Source of the DNA: a phage
Length of the DNA stretch: 64,000 bases
Assembly: GCA_024911895.1 (NCBI GenBank)
Contig: GCA_024911895.1_3948.1
Strand: one strand, 5' to 3'
Position numbers and translations under genes: made by a program. Below are positions 1 to 10,282 of this stretch, in pieces. Positions within the stretch are counted from its first letter, which is position 1. Each line of letters starts with the position of its first letter. The notes beneath the pieces are model-generated. The model was not told where the DNA came from. It ran no database searches and worked only from the letters and a program-made list of their open reading frames with translations.

Positions 1-1083
1 ACTGTACAGGTGACCTTGACAGATATTTTCATCATGTCTCTTCTGGTCATAAATATAAACCAGTTTAGGGAATACAACAGGTTTTTTGCTCTTGCCTTGT
101 CCATTCATACGAACATCTAGGAGAGTACTTGCAATCATGTATTGGAGTCGATTATCCTCATTAGACATATCTGAGTCAAGTAAACCAAATGTTAAAGTTG
201 TGAATGCAAAATCACCACGGCTACAAGGTACGGTATTTAGTTTCATCTCAAGTGACTGAAAACCCTGAGTCAGTTCAATTTGTAACTGCTCCATTACATA
301 ATTGTGGTAATGCTCTTTAGGAATACCATAAGATGATGCTTTCTCAGCATGATAGCGTAGAGACTTCTTAGCATACGGTACAAGTACCTTATCAATCTCT
401 GCTAAAGTAAAACCACCAAATTGCTGTGCAGTTGCTGAAAGTACTACGTCACCAATAACCTGCAACGCTGACAGTACAGATTTAGGTTCACAGTACTCAA
501 TGCCGGACATTTCAAAGCCACCTTTTAGTACTTTACCAATGTCAAACAGGCAACAGTTAATACCACCAAAAATCAGGTCTCTCAAATCGTGGATATAGAT
601 AAAGCCTTTCTCAATGGCTTCAAGTTCCTCTGGTGTTAGATGATACTGTTTAAAGATTTCTTTAGTCAGATAACCACGGATAATTGAACCTTTCGTAGAA
701 ATTAAACTACTGTCAAAGTTAGCATTTTCACGGTCACCTAAGAAGAGTGTATCTTTAGTCTTCTGGTAGAGTTCATCCCAATTTTGAGCAACCTCTTTAC
801 GGTAATTTCTGTATGTTGAGTAAGACTCATAAATCTCGTGATTGACCTCTGCCAAAGCACCTTCAACAATACTGTGAATATCATTTACCGAAATTAGTAA
901 ATTATTCTGTTTAGTAGATTTTACCAGAATCCTCATAAATGCTGACTCAAGAGCTTGAGTAACATCTGGTGGGAGTTCTTTATACCCAACCCTATTAGCT
1001 GACTTTGTGACTGCTGCTAAAACTTTTTTGATATCAGGTTCTTCGAGTGAGCCATTCTTTTTAATAATCTGTACTTTGTTCAT
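1..1083 (-). CDS. nrdD: Anaerobic ribonucleoside-triphosphate reductase (class III RNR), N-terminal part; gene runs off the window start
   Basis: Hand translation of minus strand from ATG at 1081-1083 gives MNKVQIIKKNGSLEEPD... with motifs KGFIYIHDL, GINCCLFD, FTTLTFG, PVVFPKLVYI typical of NrdD; open to position 1. Absent from ORF track because it is edge-truncated. Confidence 0.7.
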   Translation of the reverse strand, partial: MNKVQIIKKNGSLEEPDIKKVLAAVTKSANRVGYKELPPDVTQALESAFMRILVKSTKQNNLLISVNDIHSIVEGALAEVNHEIYESYSTYRNYRKEVAQNWDELYQKTKDTLFLGDRENANFDSSLISTKGSIIRGYLTKEIFKQYHLTPEELEAIEKGFIYIHDLRDLIFGGINCCLFDIGKVLKGGFEMSGIEYCEPKSVLSALQVIGDVVLSATAQQFGGFTLAEIDKVLVPYAKKSLRYHAEKASSYGIPKEHYHNYVMEQLQIELTQGFQSLEMKLNTVPCSRGDFAFTTLTFGLLDSDMSNEDNRLQYMIASTLLDVRMNGQGKSKKPVVFPKLVYIYDQKRHDENICQGHLYS

Positions 1084-1102
1084 TATTGCCCCTTTACATG
1101 CT

Positions 1103-1130
1103 AAAAAGGTCTCCGAAGAGACCCTTTCAT
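1103..1130. terminator. Hairpin GGTCTC-CGAA-GAGACC with flanking A/T runs; likely bidirectional rho-independent terminator
   Basis: Perfect 6-bp stem 1108-1113/1118-1123 with CGAA tetraloop, T-run on both strands. Confidence 0.5.
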
Positions 1131-1131
1131 T

Positions 1132-1338
1132 TTAAATCTTTTTAGAAAACTTCGAAACGAGTTTTCTTAGTTTTTCAGTGATGCCTAGCTGTATCTCTAA
1201 TATTTCAAAGATAACCCATAGTAACATGGCCCCAAACAATGAACCTTGTTCAAAATCAGTAAATAGGTTAACAATCAGCATACCAATCACAATAGCTGGT
1301 GCATCAACAACCAAACCTTCCCAAATGCGTTTAAGCAT
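1132..1338 (-). CDS. Hypothetical small membrane protein (68 aa)
   Basis: ORF with hydrophobic stretches between nrdD and redoxin gene. Confidence 0.35.
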   Translation of the reverse strand: MLKRIWEGLVVDAPAIVIGMLIVNLFTDFEQGSLFGAMLLWVIFEILEIQLGITEKLRKLVSKFSKKI

Positions 1339-1573
1339 TATTCACCTCTGCCATAAAATTCTGTAGCGTCCCAACAGGTTTTAGGTTTTGTCCATCAGTT
1401 TTCATGATGAATGGCATCTGACGAACTGGCATCTGTGCAATATCCATCAGGTCTGACAGTTCATAATCCTGCCCTAACATTCTCACAACATGGTCAATAC
1501 CACGAGCTTTTGCAAAATTCTTTGCAGTCTCACACTGAGGGCATCCAGTTTTGGAGTAAATCACATAAGTCAT
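1331..1573 (-). CDS. Glutaredoxin-like redoxin (RNR electron donor)
   Basis: 80 aa, N-terminal CPQC redox motif (YSKTGCPQCETAK), position next to nrdB. Confidence 0.6.
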   Translation of the reverse strand: MTYVIYSKTGCPQCETAKNFAKARGIDHVVRMLGQDYELSDLMDIAQMPVRQMPFIMKTDGQNLKPVGTLQNFMAEVNNA

Positions 1574-2646
1574 TAAGGAACCTCTAAAAATCCACTATTC
1601 AAATCATCTACAACAGTATTCAACAGGTACGCACCGTTCTGTTGCTCCTGATTAGCATTCTGCTCTTTATCAATTTCCATCTTCTTAATCATATACTTCA
1701 AAGGTGGTTCTTTAGGAGCTACAAAATCTCTGGGAATGCCAAACATATCATACAGTGGGGCAGCATTATAGTAAACCCACTCATGAAGAAGTTTTGTATT
1801 TAAGCCAACTACAGCACGTCCTTCGGAGAAGATATAATACGACCATTTCTCTTCACTTTCAACTACTTCATCTAGGATTACTTTAATCTCTGGAAGAATT
1901 TGTTGAAAAGCTTTCTGCCACTCATCATCTCTTAAAGTTTCTTTTAAAACTTCAATATCAATTTTAGTGTGAAGGATTTCATCAAGCATAATTTTCTGGA
2001 CAGCTTGAGCAATACCCTGAAATTTATCTTGAGCATCAAGTGCAAAAGTACATGCAAAGGATGCCATAAAAGATATACCTTCAAGTGCAGTCACTGCAAA
2101 CAGCCCTTTCAGAATCGCTTTATGGAAGTGTAAAGGGTCTTTGTCCAGAAGTGAATCACGGACATAACTCAGGCGATAGTTTATACCTTCATCCAGTAAT
2201 TCTTCAAGAACACGATTCACAGTTTTTAATCGGTCTTGTACAGCAACATTCTGGTTAATCTCATCTAAGATTGTTTCAGGGTTTTTAATACATTGCCTTA
2301 CAATCTCCGAGTAAGTGAGAGCATGTAGGTTTTCAATCTCAGACTGCTTCATAATTGCAGTTGCATAGATGTCATCAGAGATAAATGGTGCAAAGGCAAA
2401 TGCCAAGCTCTTAGCAACTTGAGTATCTGCTTCCCATTGCCACTTAAGAATCTCAAGCATTACACCTGACATTGATGCTGGGACACTCTCAAAATCAAGA
2501 CGTGATTGTTCAAAAGGGAACTCATCTTCTGACCAGTCTTGCGCTTTTTGTTGTTTATATAGCTCAAAGATTTTTGGGTAGTGCTTATTAAGTGAGTCAA
2601 ATGTCTTTCTCTCACCACCTAAAAAGATTGGGTGTTGGTTAATCAT
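1573..2646 (-). CDS. nrdB: Ribonucleotide reductase small subunit (class Ia beta)
   Basis: ORF 1573-2706; likely start at MINQHPIFLGG (2646) with GGAG upstream; diiron-carboxylate type residues, adjacent to nrdA. Confidence 0.8.
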   Translation of the reverse strand: MINQHPIFLGGERKTFDSLNKHYPKIFELYKQQKAQDWSEDEFPFEQSRLDFESVPASMSGVMLEILKWQWEADTQVAKSLAFAFAPFISDDIYATAIMKQSEIENLHALTYSEIVRQCIKNPETILDEINQNVAVQDRLKTVNRVLEELLDEGINYRLSYVRDSLLDKDPLHFHKAILKGLFAVTALEGISFMASFACTFALDAQDKFQGIAQAVQKIMLDEILHTKIDIEVLKETLRDDEWQKAFQQILPEIKVILDEVVESEEKWSYYIFSEGRAVVGLNTKLLHEWVYYNAAPLYDMFGIPRDFVAPKEPPLKYMIKKMEIDKEQNANQEQQNGAYLLNTVVDDLNSGFLEVP

Positions 2647-2900
2647 AGTGTGATTTCTCCTTTCTTTATCATTTCTAAGGCTTGTTTTCGGTCTAGAACT
2701 TCCCAATTTTCTTTGTTGAACATCTCATAAGGTCTTGCGTAGATTTTACCATCTGCTGTAGAGATGTAAGAGATACCAGTGACCCATGAGTCATCATTTT
2801 GTTTTATCATCATGTCTGTGCTACTCACATAGTACATCGTTTTCCGAGGTTTGTGGAGCAAATATATGGGTCTCTCATGTTTTTCTATTAGGTCTTTCAT
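2643..2900 (-). CDS. Hypothetical protein between nrdA and nrdB
   Basis: ORF 2643-2984, probable start MKDLIEKHE; stop overlaps nrdB start in ATGA. Confidence 0.4.
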   Translation of the reverse strand: MKDLIEKHERPIYLLHKPRKTMYYVSSTDMMIKQNDDSWVTGISYISTADGKIYARPYEMFNKENWEVLDRKQALEMIKKGEITL

Positions 2901-2955
2901 AGTTTCTCCAAAGTTAATTTTAGAGGGTCTTTTACGACCCTCATAGTTATTAAAA

Positions 2956-5190
2956 CTAAACACCACAACCCTCGCAATAAGCATCTTGCAGTGCAGATTT
3001 ACCTACACCGATGCGACTGTTAAGGTAGTACATGGTTTTCATACCCACTGAGTTGGCATAAATCATGTACTTCAAAGCTTGAGCCAATGATACCTTCTTA
3101 GCTTTTGCGTAGTCAACATAGAAATCTGAAGAGATAGCTTGACCAGTGAACTTTTGAACAATTGCATAACAATCAATCAGGTCAAAGGTGTCAATACCCC
3201 AAGCAATTTCATATACATACTTCAACTCTTCATAATCTGGAACAATAAACAGCACGTTACCAGTTGCAGACTTTTTAGTTAAAATAAAGTCACGAATTGG
3301 GTACAAGCCATTTGTCGTATTAGTTGCTAGTGAAGAACTTTCATTAGGCATGTAAGCTTCTAATACAGAGTTTCGGATTCCACCATTCTCTTTGATACGT
3401 TGTGCTAAGTCATCCCAATCATATCGTAGTTTCGCATCATGCTTTTCATCAATCTTCTTGTTAGCTGTCTTTGGAGGAACCCACCCTTCAGGATACTTAG
3501 TGAACTGCATATACTCAGGTACACCACGTTCTTTAGCAAGTCTTAAAGAAGCTTCGTGTAAGTAGTAAGAGTGCATTTCAGCAAGCTCATGAAGCTTCGT
3601 CTTACCTGCTCTTGAAGAGTAGTTCACGTAGTTTTTTGCAAGGTAATGAGCCACATTTGTAAGGCCAATACCAACAGAACGACGCTTCTGAACATGGTTA
3701 CGCATCGACGGATACGGATAATCCATAAGGTCAATAACGGAGTCAACCATTGCAAGAGCATAATAAGCAACGTCAGCGTATTCATCTTCTGAAATTCTCC
3801 CTGCAACCAAACTAGCTAGGAAGCAAAGAGCTACCTCACCATCCTCTTTCACAGCATCATCTCTGTAAAGGTCTGTCTCTTTCTCAAAGCCGTACACTGG
3901 CAACACAATTTCCATACAAAGGTTTGACATCTTCAAAGGCTCTTTAAATGGTGTATGTGTGTTTGCATTATTCGTGAAGAATGGGTACACACGGCCTGTT
4001 GCATAACGCTGCTGGATAAACAGTTTAGCAATTTCACGAGCCTTCACCCGTCTGTGTTTAACACCTGAATGTACTGCGTGACCAACTGCCATAGCAAACT
4101 CATCAGCAGATGCTGTGTAGAACATGTCATAGAGCTTTGGTGCATCCTTGTAAGAGAATAGCAACCAGTCTGTATCATATTGAACACACTGCCAGAAATA
4201 ATCATTTGTACCAAATGAGTAGTCCATCTCGTTAATACGTTTCGAAGGAACCGTTGTGGGGTGCTTCAAACGCAGTAAATCTTCAATCTGCGGGTCTAGA
4301 GCAGTGTAGAAGTTGTTAGCTGAACCACCACGGCTCTTCTGTTTGTTTGCCTCTACAGATGAACGTACAAGCTTGTAATAAGGTAGTTTACCCATGTGCT
4401 CAATAGTATTTTGACGAATACCATCACCAATAGTGCGAGTCTCCATCAGCATACCAATACCAGCTTGCTTTGTAGTCATATCATAAGCAACCTTTGCAGC
4501 AATACCGAGAGATTCAGCAGTATCATTCGCCTTAATCAAACAGCATGACGCATAACCTGATTTAGTAGCTCTTAAACCATTCAGATAAGGCGTAGGAGCA
4601 TTAATCTTCAGGTCAGATAGGTAAGTGTACAGCTTGATAACATCTTGCAGTCTACGGTGCTTTGGTTGCTTCTCAAAGGCTTTCATAGCCATACCCATAA
4701 ACATAAATTGTGGTGACTCAAAAAGTCTTCCCGTTTTAATATCACGGATACCATACTTGTCTCTGAACTGTTTCAAGACTGCATAACCGTAAGAGATATC
4801 TTTTGAGTGCACAATGTAACCTTGCAGATATTCAAGCTCTTCCTGAGAATAGTCCATCTTCTCCCAAAGTCCTGCTCTCTCCATATTTTTAACGAAGGTA
4901 ACCAGTGTAGGAACCTTAGTAAAGCCTCCAAAGGCTTCTTTGTAGATAATTCCCAGAAGTAGCCGTCCAGCCATATCTGAGTACTCTTGAGTTTGCTTAT
5001 CAACACAAACATCAATCATGGCTTGGTGCATCTCTTTTGTAGTGCAACCCTCATAGACACGTTTCATGGCTTCCATAGTGACTTCTGACCAGATAATACC
5101 ACGCTTATCTGCCCATGATGCCCACTTATTCAGTCTTTCTGGGTCAAAGTTTACTACTGTACCATTTGATTTTTTAATTGTCTTAATCAT
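2956..5190 (-). CDS. nrdA: Ribonucleotide reductase large subunit (class Ia alpha)
   Basis: 744 aa; conserved active-site region MSNLCMEIVLP, C-terminal CEGCGV redox pair. Confidence 0.9.
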   Translation of the reverse strand: MIKTIKKSNGTVVNFDPERLNKWASWADKRGIIWSEVTMEAMKRVYEGCTTKEMHQAMIDVCVDKQTQEYSDMAGRLLLGIIYKEAFGGFTKVPTLVTFVKNMERAGLWEKMDYSQEELEYLQGYIVHSKDISYGYAVLKQFRDKYGIRDIKTGRLFESPQFMFMGMAMKAFEKQPKHRRLQDVIKLYTYLSDLKINAPTPYLNGLRATKSGYASCCLIKANDTAESLGIAAKVAYDMTTKQAGIGMLMETRTIGDGIRQNTIEHMGKLPYYKLVRSSVEANKQKSRGGSANNFYTALDPQIEDLLRLKHPTTVPSKRINEMDYSFGTNDYFWQCVQYDTDWLLFSYKDAPKLYDMFYTASADEFAMAVGHAVHSGVKHRRVKAREIAKLFIQQRYATGRVYPFFTNNANTHTPFKEPLKMSNLCMEIVLPVYGFEKETDLYRDDAVKEDGEVALCFLASLVAGRISEDEYADVAYYALAMVDSVIDLMDYPYPSMRNHVQKRRSVGIGLTNVAHYLAKNYVNYSSRAGKTKLHELAEMHSYYLHEASLRLAKERGVPEYMQFTKYPEGWVPPKTANKKIDEKHDAKLRYDWDDLAQRIKENGGIRNSVLEAYMPNESSSLATNTTNGLYPIRDFILTKKSATGNVLFIVPDYEELKYVYEIAWGIDTFDLIDCYAIVQKFTGQAISSDFYVDYAKAKKVSLAQALKYMIYANSVGMKTMYYLNSRIGVGKSALQDAYCEGCGV

Positions 5191-5204
5191 TTTTAAATCC
5201 TACA

Positions 5205-5232
5205 GATGAAAAGAGCCTCCGAAGAGGCTCCC
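5205..5232 (-). terminator. Hairpin GAGCCTC-CGAA-GAGGCTC followed by U-run on minus strand
   Basis: 7-bp perfect stem 5213-5219/5224-5230, A-run on plus side at 5209-5212. Confidence 0.5.
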
Positions 5233-5236
5233 TAGT

Positions 5237-5578
5237 TTAAATCTTGAAAATTTGCTCATTCTGCCACATATCGTAAAACTTATCACTTACTTTTGTGACT
5301 GAAGAAGTGTGCATACAATTCAGGAAGAACCATGATGATGATGTATTATCATCCATAAGTGTTTCAAGTTTTTGTGTAACGTTCACATCCATGTCTGCAA
5401 CAACGTAATTACCTCGCATCTTGCAAACAATCCTTCCAAACAAGATTGCACTTCTCCCTCTTCTGTCATCACAGTACATAACTGTGTCTCCGTGCTTAAC
5501 GTCTTGTCCGATACTGTCAACACCTAACTTAGCACCTGAGATAATGTCATCATAAGATAGCTTTTTTGCTTTAGACAC
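5237..5578 (-). CDS. Hypothetical protein (113 aa)
   Basis: ORF in operon context. Confidence 0.4.
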   Translation of the reverse strand: MSKAKKLSYDDIISGAKLGVDSIGQDVKHGDTVMYCDDRRGRSAILFGRIVCKMRGNYVVADMDVNVTQKLETLMDDNTSSSWFFLNCMHTSSVTKVSDKFYDMWQNEQIFKI

Positions 5579-5903
5579 GGTATTTCTCCAAGTTTCTTTT
5601 TAGATATAACCAACCATAGTCGGTTCTTTCTACACCCATGAAGAGTGGAGCCATCACAACTTTACCGAAAGTATTTCTGTGTTGGCAGATTTCAAAGGAA
5701 TACTCTTTCTCAATATCAATCCCGTATTTGTACAGGACTGCTTTTAAAACTTGTTCATTGTCCAGAAGTGTATCTGGAGTCTCACCATATTTTTCTAGTA
5801 ACGAGTCATTCATAAACACCGTCATAGAAATATTGTAGTTTGAGAAGTGGCTCTTCTGAGCCACACACTCTTTATTAATGTTCTGTGAATCCATTATAAC
5901 CAA
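5571..5903 (-). CDS. Hypothetical protein (110 aa)
   Basis: ORF in operon context. Confidence 0.4.
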   Translation of the reverse strand: MVIMDSQNINKECVAQKSHFSNYNISMTVFMNDSLLEKYGETPDTLLDNEQVLKAVLYKYGIDIEKEYSFEICQHRNTFGKVVMAPLFMGVERTDYGWLYLKRNLEKYRV

Positions 5904-6630
5904 CCCCTTTTAACCAGCACTTCAGGTTATTAGCATCATAATTCAGTTTCGGGTATGAGGTTACATGGAACTGCTCACCATCATAGTAGACAATATCTGC
6001 AATCCATAGTCCGTTCTCTTTACAGAAGTCTTTATCTGCTTTAGAGGTAATTGGATTAACTTCTACAAAACCATCTACACCCAAATCCTTTAAGCTACCT
6101 ACAATACCTTTGCAGATAACGCATGTCTCAGATACTACCACAAAAAGTTCTTGGCTTTCAAGTTCTACAATGTATTCACCAAGCTGCACTTTAGGGAGAT
6201 TAGACTGCTTCATAATCTTACCATCGGCTGCACGAACAATCGCATACCACTCTTTACCATCAACTACTGACATTCTGATGATACACTCTTGACCAGTACG
6301 CTTCTCAATATCTGCAAGACGTTTTAAAGCTTCTTCATAGTCGTCTGTATACTTCAGGTCATTATTATGGCAAACAGCTTCCATAGCACCATTGTGGTCA
6401 TGTTGTGACAGATAAATCAATCCGTCAAGAACATATTGCAAATCTGCCTGAGCATCCAGTGTCTCAATGGGGTCTTTCTCTTCAATTGCTTTTACAAGCT
6501 CTTTTGCTTCTTCAAGCATACACAGAGATTGAGATTTTAAAGATTCCCAATACTCATCACTGTAAGGTTGCTTTTGAGTGTTTCCACAACGAAGATTCCA
6601 GTTTTTTACTGATTCTCTTGAGTTAAACAT
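5875..6630 (-). CDS. Hypothetical protein, possible MazG-like NTP pyrophosphohydrolase domain
   Basis: N-terminal helical segment with EEAKELVKAIEEKD...DAQADLQYVLDGL resembles MazG-type EExxE/ExxD motifs; weak. Confidence 0.3.
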   Translation of the reverse strand: MFNSRESVKNWNLRCGNTQKQPYSDEYWESLKSQSLCMLEEAKELVKAIEEKDPIETLDAQADLQYVLDGLIYLSQHDHNGAMEAVCHNNDLKYTDDYEEALKRLADIEKRTGQECIIRMSVVDGKEWYAIVRAADGKIMKQSNLPKVQLGEYIVELESQELFVVVSETCVICKGIVGSLKDLGVDGFVEVNPITSKADKDFCKENGLWIADIVYYDGEQFHVTSYPKLNYDANNLKCWLKGVGYNGFTEH

Positions 6631-6869
6631 TTGGACTCCTTAAAATATCTGCTAACCTTTAGCTCTCGTGTTTCAATATATTCCAGATGCTCACGTAGCT
6701 CTTGACGTTTAAGCATTAGGTGCTGCATTTGAGATTCAACAGCTTCAACCTCTTTAATTATTGACTCTCTGGCATTTGCAAGAATGCGCTCAAGTTCTTC
6801 AATCTTGCTGTCAACCTTTGCTACATGACTCACAGCTTTACTTTTGTTAAACATTTTATTCTCTCTCAA
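6606..6869 (-). CDS. Hypothetical coiled-coil protein (87 aa)
   Basis: ORF, heptad-like charged sequence. Confidence 0.35.
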   Translation of the reverse strand: MRENKMFNKSKAVSHVAKVDSKIEELERILANARESIIKEVEAVESQMQHLMLKRQELREHLEYIETRELKVSRYFKESKCLTQENQ

Positions 6870-6875
6870 TAGTTG

Positions 6876-7376
6876 TCAAGTACAATTTGCTTTCATTACC
6901 TTATGGATTCTTTTTTCAGCATCTTCATAAGTTTCTTTAGTAATAAACTTAATTGCTGCAATATTGGCATTGTAGAAGAGTCTGAGCTTCGAGTCAATCC
7001 TTTTTGTCATTACATCGAACTTATGTTGAAGGTTTGCTTCACCATAAACTAGGCCACCTTTTGTGTAGTAGGTTTGAATAATGTAAAAGTCAAAAAATTC
7101 TTTTCCAAAGCTCTCAATATCTTTTTTAATATACTCAGAAGAAGTCTCATAAGTCATCCAATCACTTTCCTTAGTGACTACCTTCTTCCGAGTCTTCCCA
7201 GCAACTTTTCTTTTAGTCACACTATTAAGCTGTTTCTTACCCAAATAGTACTGTCCAGTCTTTTTGCAGTACACTAGGTAGACAAAGCCAAAGTGCTTTG
7301 CTGGGTCAACTTCACCACATAGTGAAACCCAATGTCCATATTCAGGGCAATTGCCAAAACCTTTTATTTTTCTCAT
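6876..7376 (-). CDS. Putative GIY-YIG-like nuclease
   Basis: FVYLVYCKKTGQYYLGKK resembles GIY...YIG motif; free-standing between replication genes. Confidence 0.35.
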   Translation of the reverse strand: MRKIKGFGNCPEYGHWVSLCGEVDPAKHFGFVYLVYCKKTGQYYLGKKQLNSVTKRKVAGKTRKKVVTKESDWMTYETSSEYIKKDIESFGKEFFDFYIIQTYYTKGGLVYGEANLQHKFDVMTKRIDSKLRLFYNANIAAIKFITKETYEDAEKRIHKVMKANCT

Positions 7377-7864
7377 TCATCACCTTTATTAGCAAACTCT
7401 TTGTGTAAACGTTGACGTTCCCTATTTACAACCTCTGCTGCTTCATCAATAGTGTCATAGTTGCCGAAGAAGTAGACCCTCTTCTTAAAAGTTATCTGTG
7501 TAGACCACTTACCATACTGTTTTTTGTAGTACACACCTTTAACACCTGATTTATTGTTCTTATTGAGCAACCTATTACATTGGTTCTCTGATAACGTACA
7601 TGCCCTAAGATTTACCCAGCGATTGTCTAGTGTTACATGATTTTTATGGTCAACACACTCAGGTAGGTATCCATCCATATACAGAACGGCTAGGGTATGT
7701 GCATAATAGCCCTTACCAAACAAATAAATTCTGGTGTACCCTCTTAAGTTTGTACCTGCAACAGAGCCAATTTTTGTGTGTCTAGCAGATTTCTTAATCC
7801 AAGTAAAGACCCCTGTTTCGGGGTCATAATGTAGGTACTCTTTAAGAGTTTGTTGAGTTAACAT
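7373..7864 (-). CDS. HNH homing endonuclease with AP2-type DNA-binding domain
   Basis: ORF 7373-7900; HNH motif CVDHKNHVTLDNRWVNLRACTLSENQCN and GVKGVYY...WSTQITF AP2-like segment. Confidence 0.7.
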   Translation of the reverse strand: MLTQQTLKEYLHYDPETGVFTWIKKSARHTKIGSVAGTNLRGYTRIYLFGKGYYAHTLAVLYMDGYLPECVDHKNHVTLDNRWVNLRACTLSENQCNRLLNKNNKSGVKGVYYKKQYGKWSTQITFKKRVYFFGNYDTIDEAAEVVNRERQRLHKEFANKGDE

Positions 7865-8888
7865 TTGGTGTCCACCCATACTTATCAAAAGTAAAATCAT
7901 CTTTCTTATTTCTTTCCTGATAAGCTAAGAAGAAGTGTTGCTGCATTAGTTCTAAAGGTGTTCTGGTAACTGTTTGACCATCCCACGAGACATAAGTGTA
8001 GGACTCTTTCTTAGCATAAAGTTCATAGATAGCATCAAGACACTCTTTGTAAGTTGTTTTCCCTTCAAGAGCCTTCATCACAGTAGCTTTACCAACACCC
8101 TTTAAACCAAAATAATTATCCGCATTGTCGCCAGCCACAGCTTGATAGCAAAGAAATTTAAAACCTACCCCAACTGTCTTCTTAGCTTTTGGTGTCGATT
8201 TTATTGGACAATCCCAAATTTCACCAACGTTGTTATCAGCAATGAAGATTAAAGGTGATTTTTCATAGGTCATATCAATGCAGTAAGTGCCTTCAGCTTG
8301 GCGAAGGTCTTTATCAATGCTCATTAAGGCAGCCTTTTTACCCATCTTTTCAGCTTTAGCAATAACGATAGAGTCAGCTTCAAATCCATCAAGAATCAAT
8401 TTGAACTCTGGTCTTGACAGAAGGTATTCACGACAAGCGACTAAGTGTGTTGGTGTGACAGCATCTTTACGGTTACCTTGATATTGGTGCTCAAGACCTT
8501 TAACGTCTTTATGTTTATGCACACCTTTCTCTGTTAAATAACCTACCCAAGTTCTCTCTTTACCAACAATCTTAAGCCATTCCTGAAGCACCTGTTGAGT
8601 AGCCATGATAGCTTCTTTTTCACTCTTAGCTTCTTTCCAAGTCTGTCTTTCCCATTCATCTTCATCAAATGTCAGGCCAAGTTCTTCCACAAGGATTCTC
8701 TGGTCTGCTAACCATCTTGCAGCATCTTTCGCATTATCAAATGGCTCAGACTCTTCTGCTGTGAGTTTATTGACGTATTTATATTTTGCTTTCTCAACTA
8801 CACAAGCACCTTTATAGGCAATACTATCAGAGTCAATAAAGACATGTGTAACTGAATCGGGAAGCTTTGTTAATGTGTACTTCTCCAT
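7842..8888 (-). CDS. Putative 5'-3' exonuclease / flap endonuclease (T4 RNase H-like)
   Basis: N-terminal VFIDSDSIAYKG and later MSIDKDLRQ resemble FEN/5'-3' exo acidic motifs. Confidence 0.45.
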   Translation of the reverse strand: MEKYTLTKLPDSVTHVFIDSDSIAYKGACVVEKAKYKYVNKLTAEESEPFDNAKDAARWLADQRILVEELGLTFDEDEWERQTWKEAKSEKEAIMATQQVLQEWLKIVGKERTWVGYLTEKGVHKHKDVKGLEHQYQGNRKDAVTPTHLVACREYLLSRPEFKLILDGFEADSIVIAKAEKMGKKAALMSIDKDLRQAEGTYCIDMTYEKSPLIFIADNNVGEIWDCPIKSTPKAKKTVGVGFKFLCYQAVAGDNADNYFGLKGVGKATVMKALEGKTTYKECLDAIYELYAKKESYTYVSWDGQTVTRTPLELMQQHFFLAYQERNKKDDFTFDKYGWTPNVNSTNS

Positions 8889-8950
8889 TATGGCTCTCCA
8901 TATGAAAAAGCCCCATACTAAGTACAGGGCTTTAAAGTAACTTTTAGAGA

Positions 8951-9808
8951 TTAGTCTTCTGTATCGAAGTCTTCATCTTCTTCGTCATCTGGGTCTGGCA
9001 AGTCTTCATCGTCACCATCATCAGAATCATTCGAAGATTTATGGTCTGTTGCGTCTTCTTCAGTGATTTCACCGTTATCTTCAACACCATCAAGACCAAG
9101 CATAGCCAATTCATCTTCATCCAGTTCAGGCTCACCATTAGCACCGTTACCACCAGTGTAAGGTACAAGAGTATCAATGATAAACTGTTCCTGAATAGGT
9201 TTTGTCAGAACATTGTTCTCAAAAGTGTAGAAGTGAGTAGAGAGAATCACACTACCAAAAGAACCGTTGCCAACTGCGATATCTGGATGAATTACGTCAT
9301 AGTTCTTGTCATCTTCATGTTTATCAGAAGCTTGAGCTTTGATTTTCTTCATCGGCTGCTTAACAGCTACACGCTTACCATTTACCTCTTCAATCAGCAT
9401 TACAGGGAATGACTGTTTAGCTGTCCACACAGCACCATCTTTATAAGCTGCTGCACGACTTACTTTCAAGATGTAGTAAGTATCTGCTTCAAATGGTGGT
9501 TTGCAGCCAAACTTCTCTTCGAAGTCATCTGCATCAACTGCTTCAGTAGTGACTTTATCCCAACCTTCTGGGTTTTTCTTAGACTTAGTAAACTCTTTAA
9601 AGAGTTTGTTACCGTCTTCTGCCAGAATTGATACGCTGTAGTTACAGTCTTTGCCTGGGAATTTCTTATCAATAGACTTACCTTTTCCCGGACGTGGTGA
9701 AGTGTTCAGGTAATAAAACCAGACATCTTTCAGCAGGTAACGCAGAGTTTGACGTTCAGTACCGTTGTACTTCTCTACCGGAGCTTTCATTTTAACAACT
9801 TTAGACAT
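8951..9808 (-). CDS. Putative ssDNA-binding protein with highly acidic C-terminal tail
   Basis: 285 aa ending in DDGDDEDLPDPDDEEDEDFDTED, as in T7 gp2.5 / T4 gp32-type SSB tails; sits upstream of primase-helicase. Confidence 0.45.
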   Translation of the reverse strand: MSKVVKMKAPVEKYNGTERQTLRYLLKDVWFYYLNTSPRPGKGKSIDKKFPGKDCNYSVSILAEDGNKLFKEFTKSKKNPEGWDKVTTEAVDADDFEEKFGCKPPFEADTYYILKVSRAAAYKDGAVWTAKQSFPVMLIEEVNGKRVAVKQPMKKIKAQASDKHEDDKNYDVIHPDIAVGNGSFGSVILSTHFYTFENNVLTKPIQEQFIIDTLVPYTGGNGANGEPELDEDELAMLGLDGVEDNGEITEEDATDHKSSNDSDDGDDEDLPDPDDEEDEDFDTED

Positions 9809-9891
9809 TATTTAAACCTCTATCTCAATTTATGAAGAGTACCAATTCTAGTTTGTTGATACTCTATTGTCAAATACTAATTACTGGAAGT

Positions 9892-10029
9892 TGTGCTTAT
9901 CTTTAGAAGCTGCTTTGCGTGCAGTTTTTCCAGTTCTTACACGTTTTTCTTCATAGTATTTTGCTGGTTTTCCAGCAGTGGCTTTTAAGGAATCCCCAAA
10001 AACTTTTTCAAATGCTTTAGAGTGTTTCA
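9892..10029 (-). CDS. Small basic protein (45 aa), not in ORF track
   Basis: Hand-found ORF MKHSKAFEKVFGDSLKATAGKPAKYYEEKRVRTGKTARKAASKDKHNFQ with GGAGA 7 nt upstream of ATG. Confidence 0.3.
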
Positions 10030-10282
10030 TGATATTCTCCGATATACTTGATATTCAAACACATTTTCTTTAATTATAAACAGCCAACTAATATTATGCT
10101 GAGGCAGCGAAATGATGACTGTAATCATGCTTTGGTGGAAATCTTCTTTTATCTCAACTTCCCCGTTGCATTTCATAAGGAGCATTCTATAGAACCTATC
10201 AATCTTTGTCAAACACTCTTCCTGAAATTTATTTAAACTTTTTTCTTCAAAGAAGGGTACGAACCCCTCTCTTTTATAACTA

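Noticed and set aside
3624-5015. Short ORFs inside nrdA (3624-3806, 4773-5015) and similar nested ORFs inside the polymerase, capsid, protease, terminase and tape measure genes
   Set aside because: Embedded within long, well-supported genes in other frames or on the opposite strand; typical spurious ORFs.
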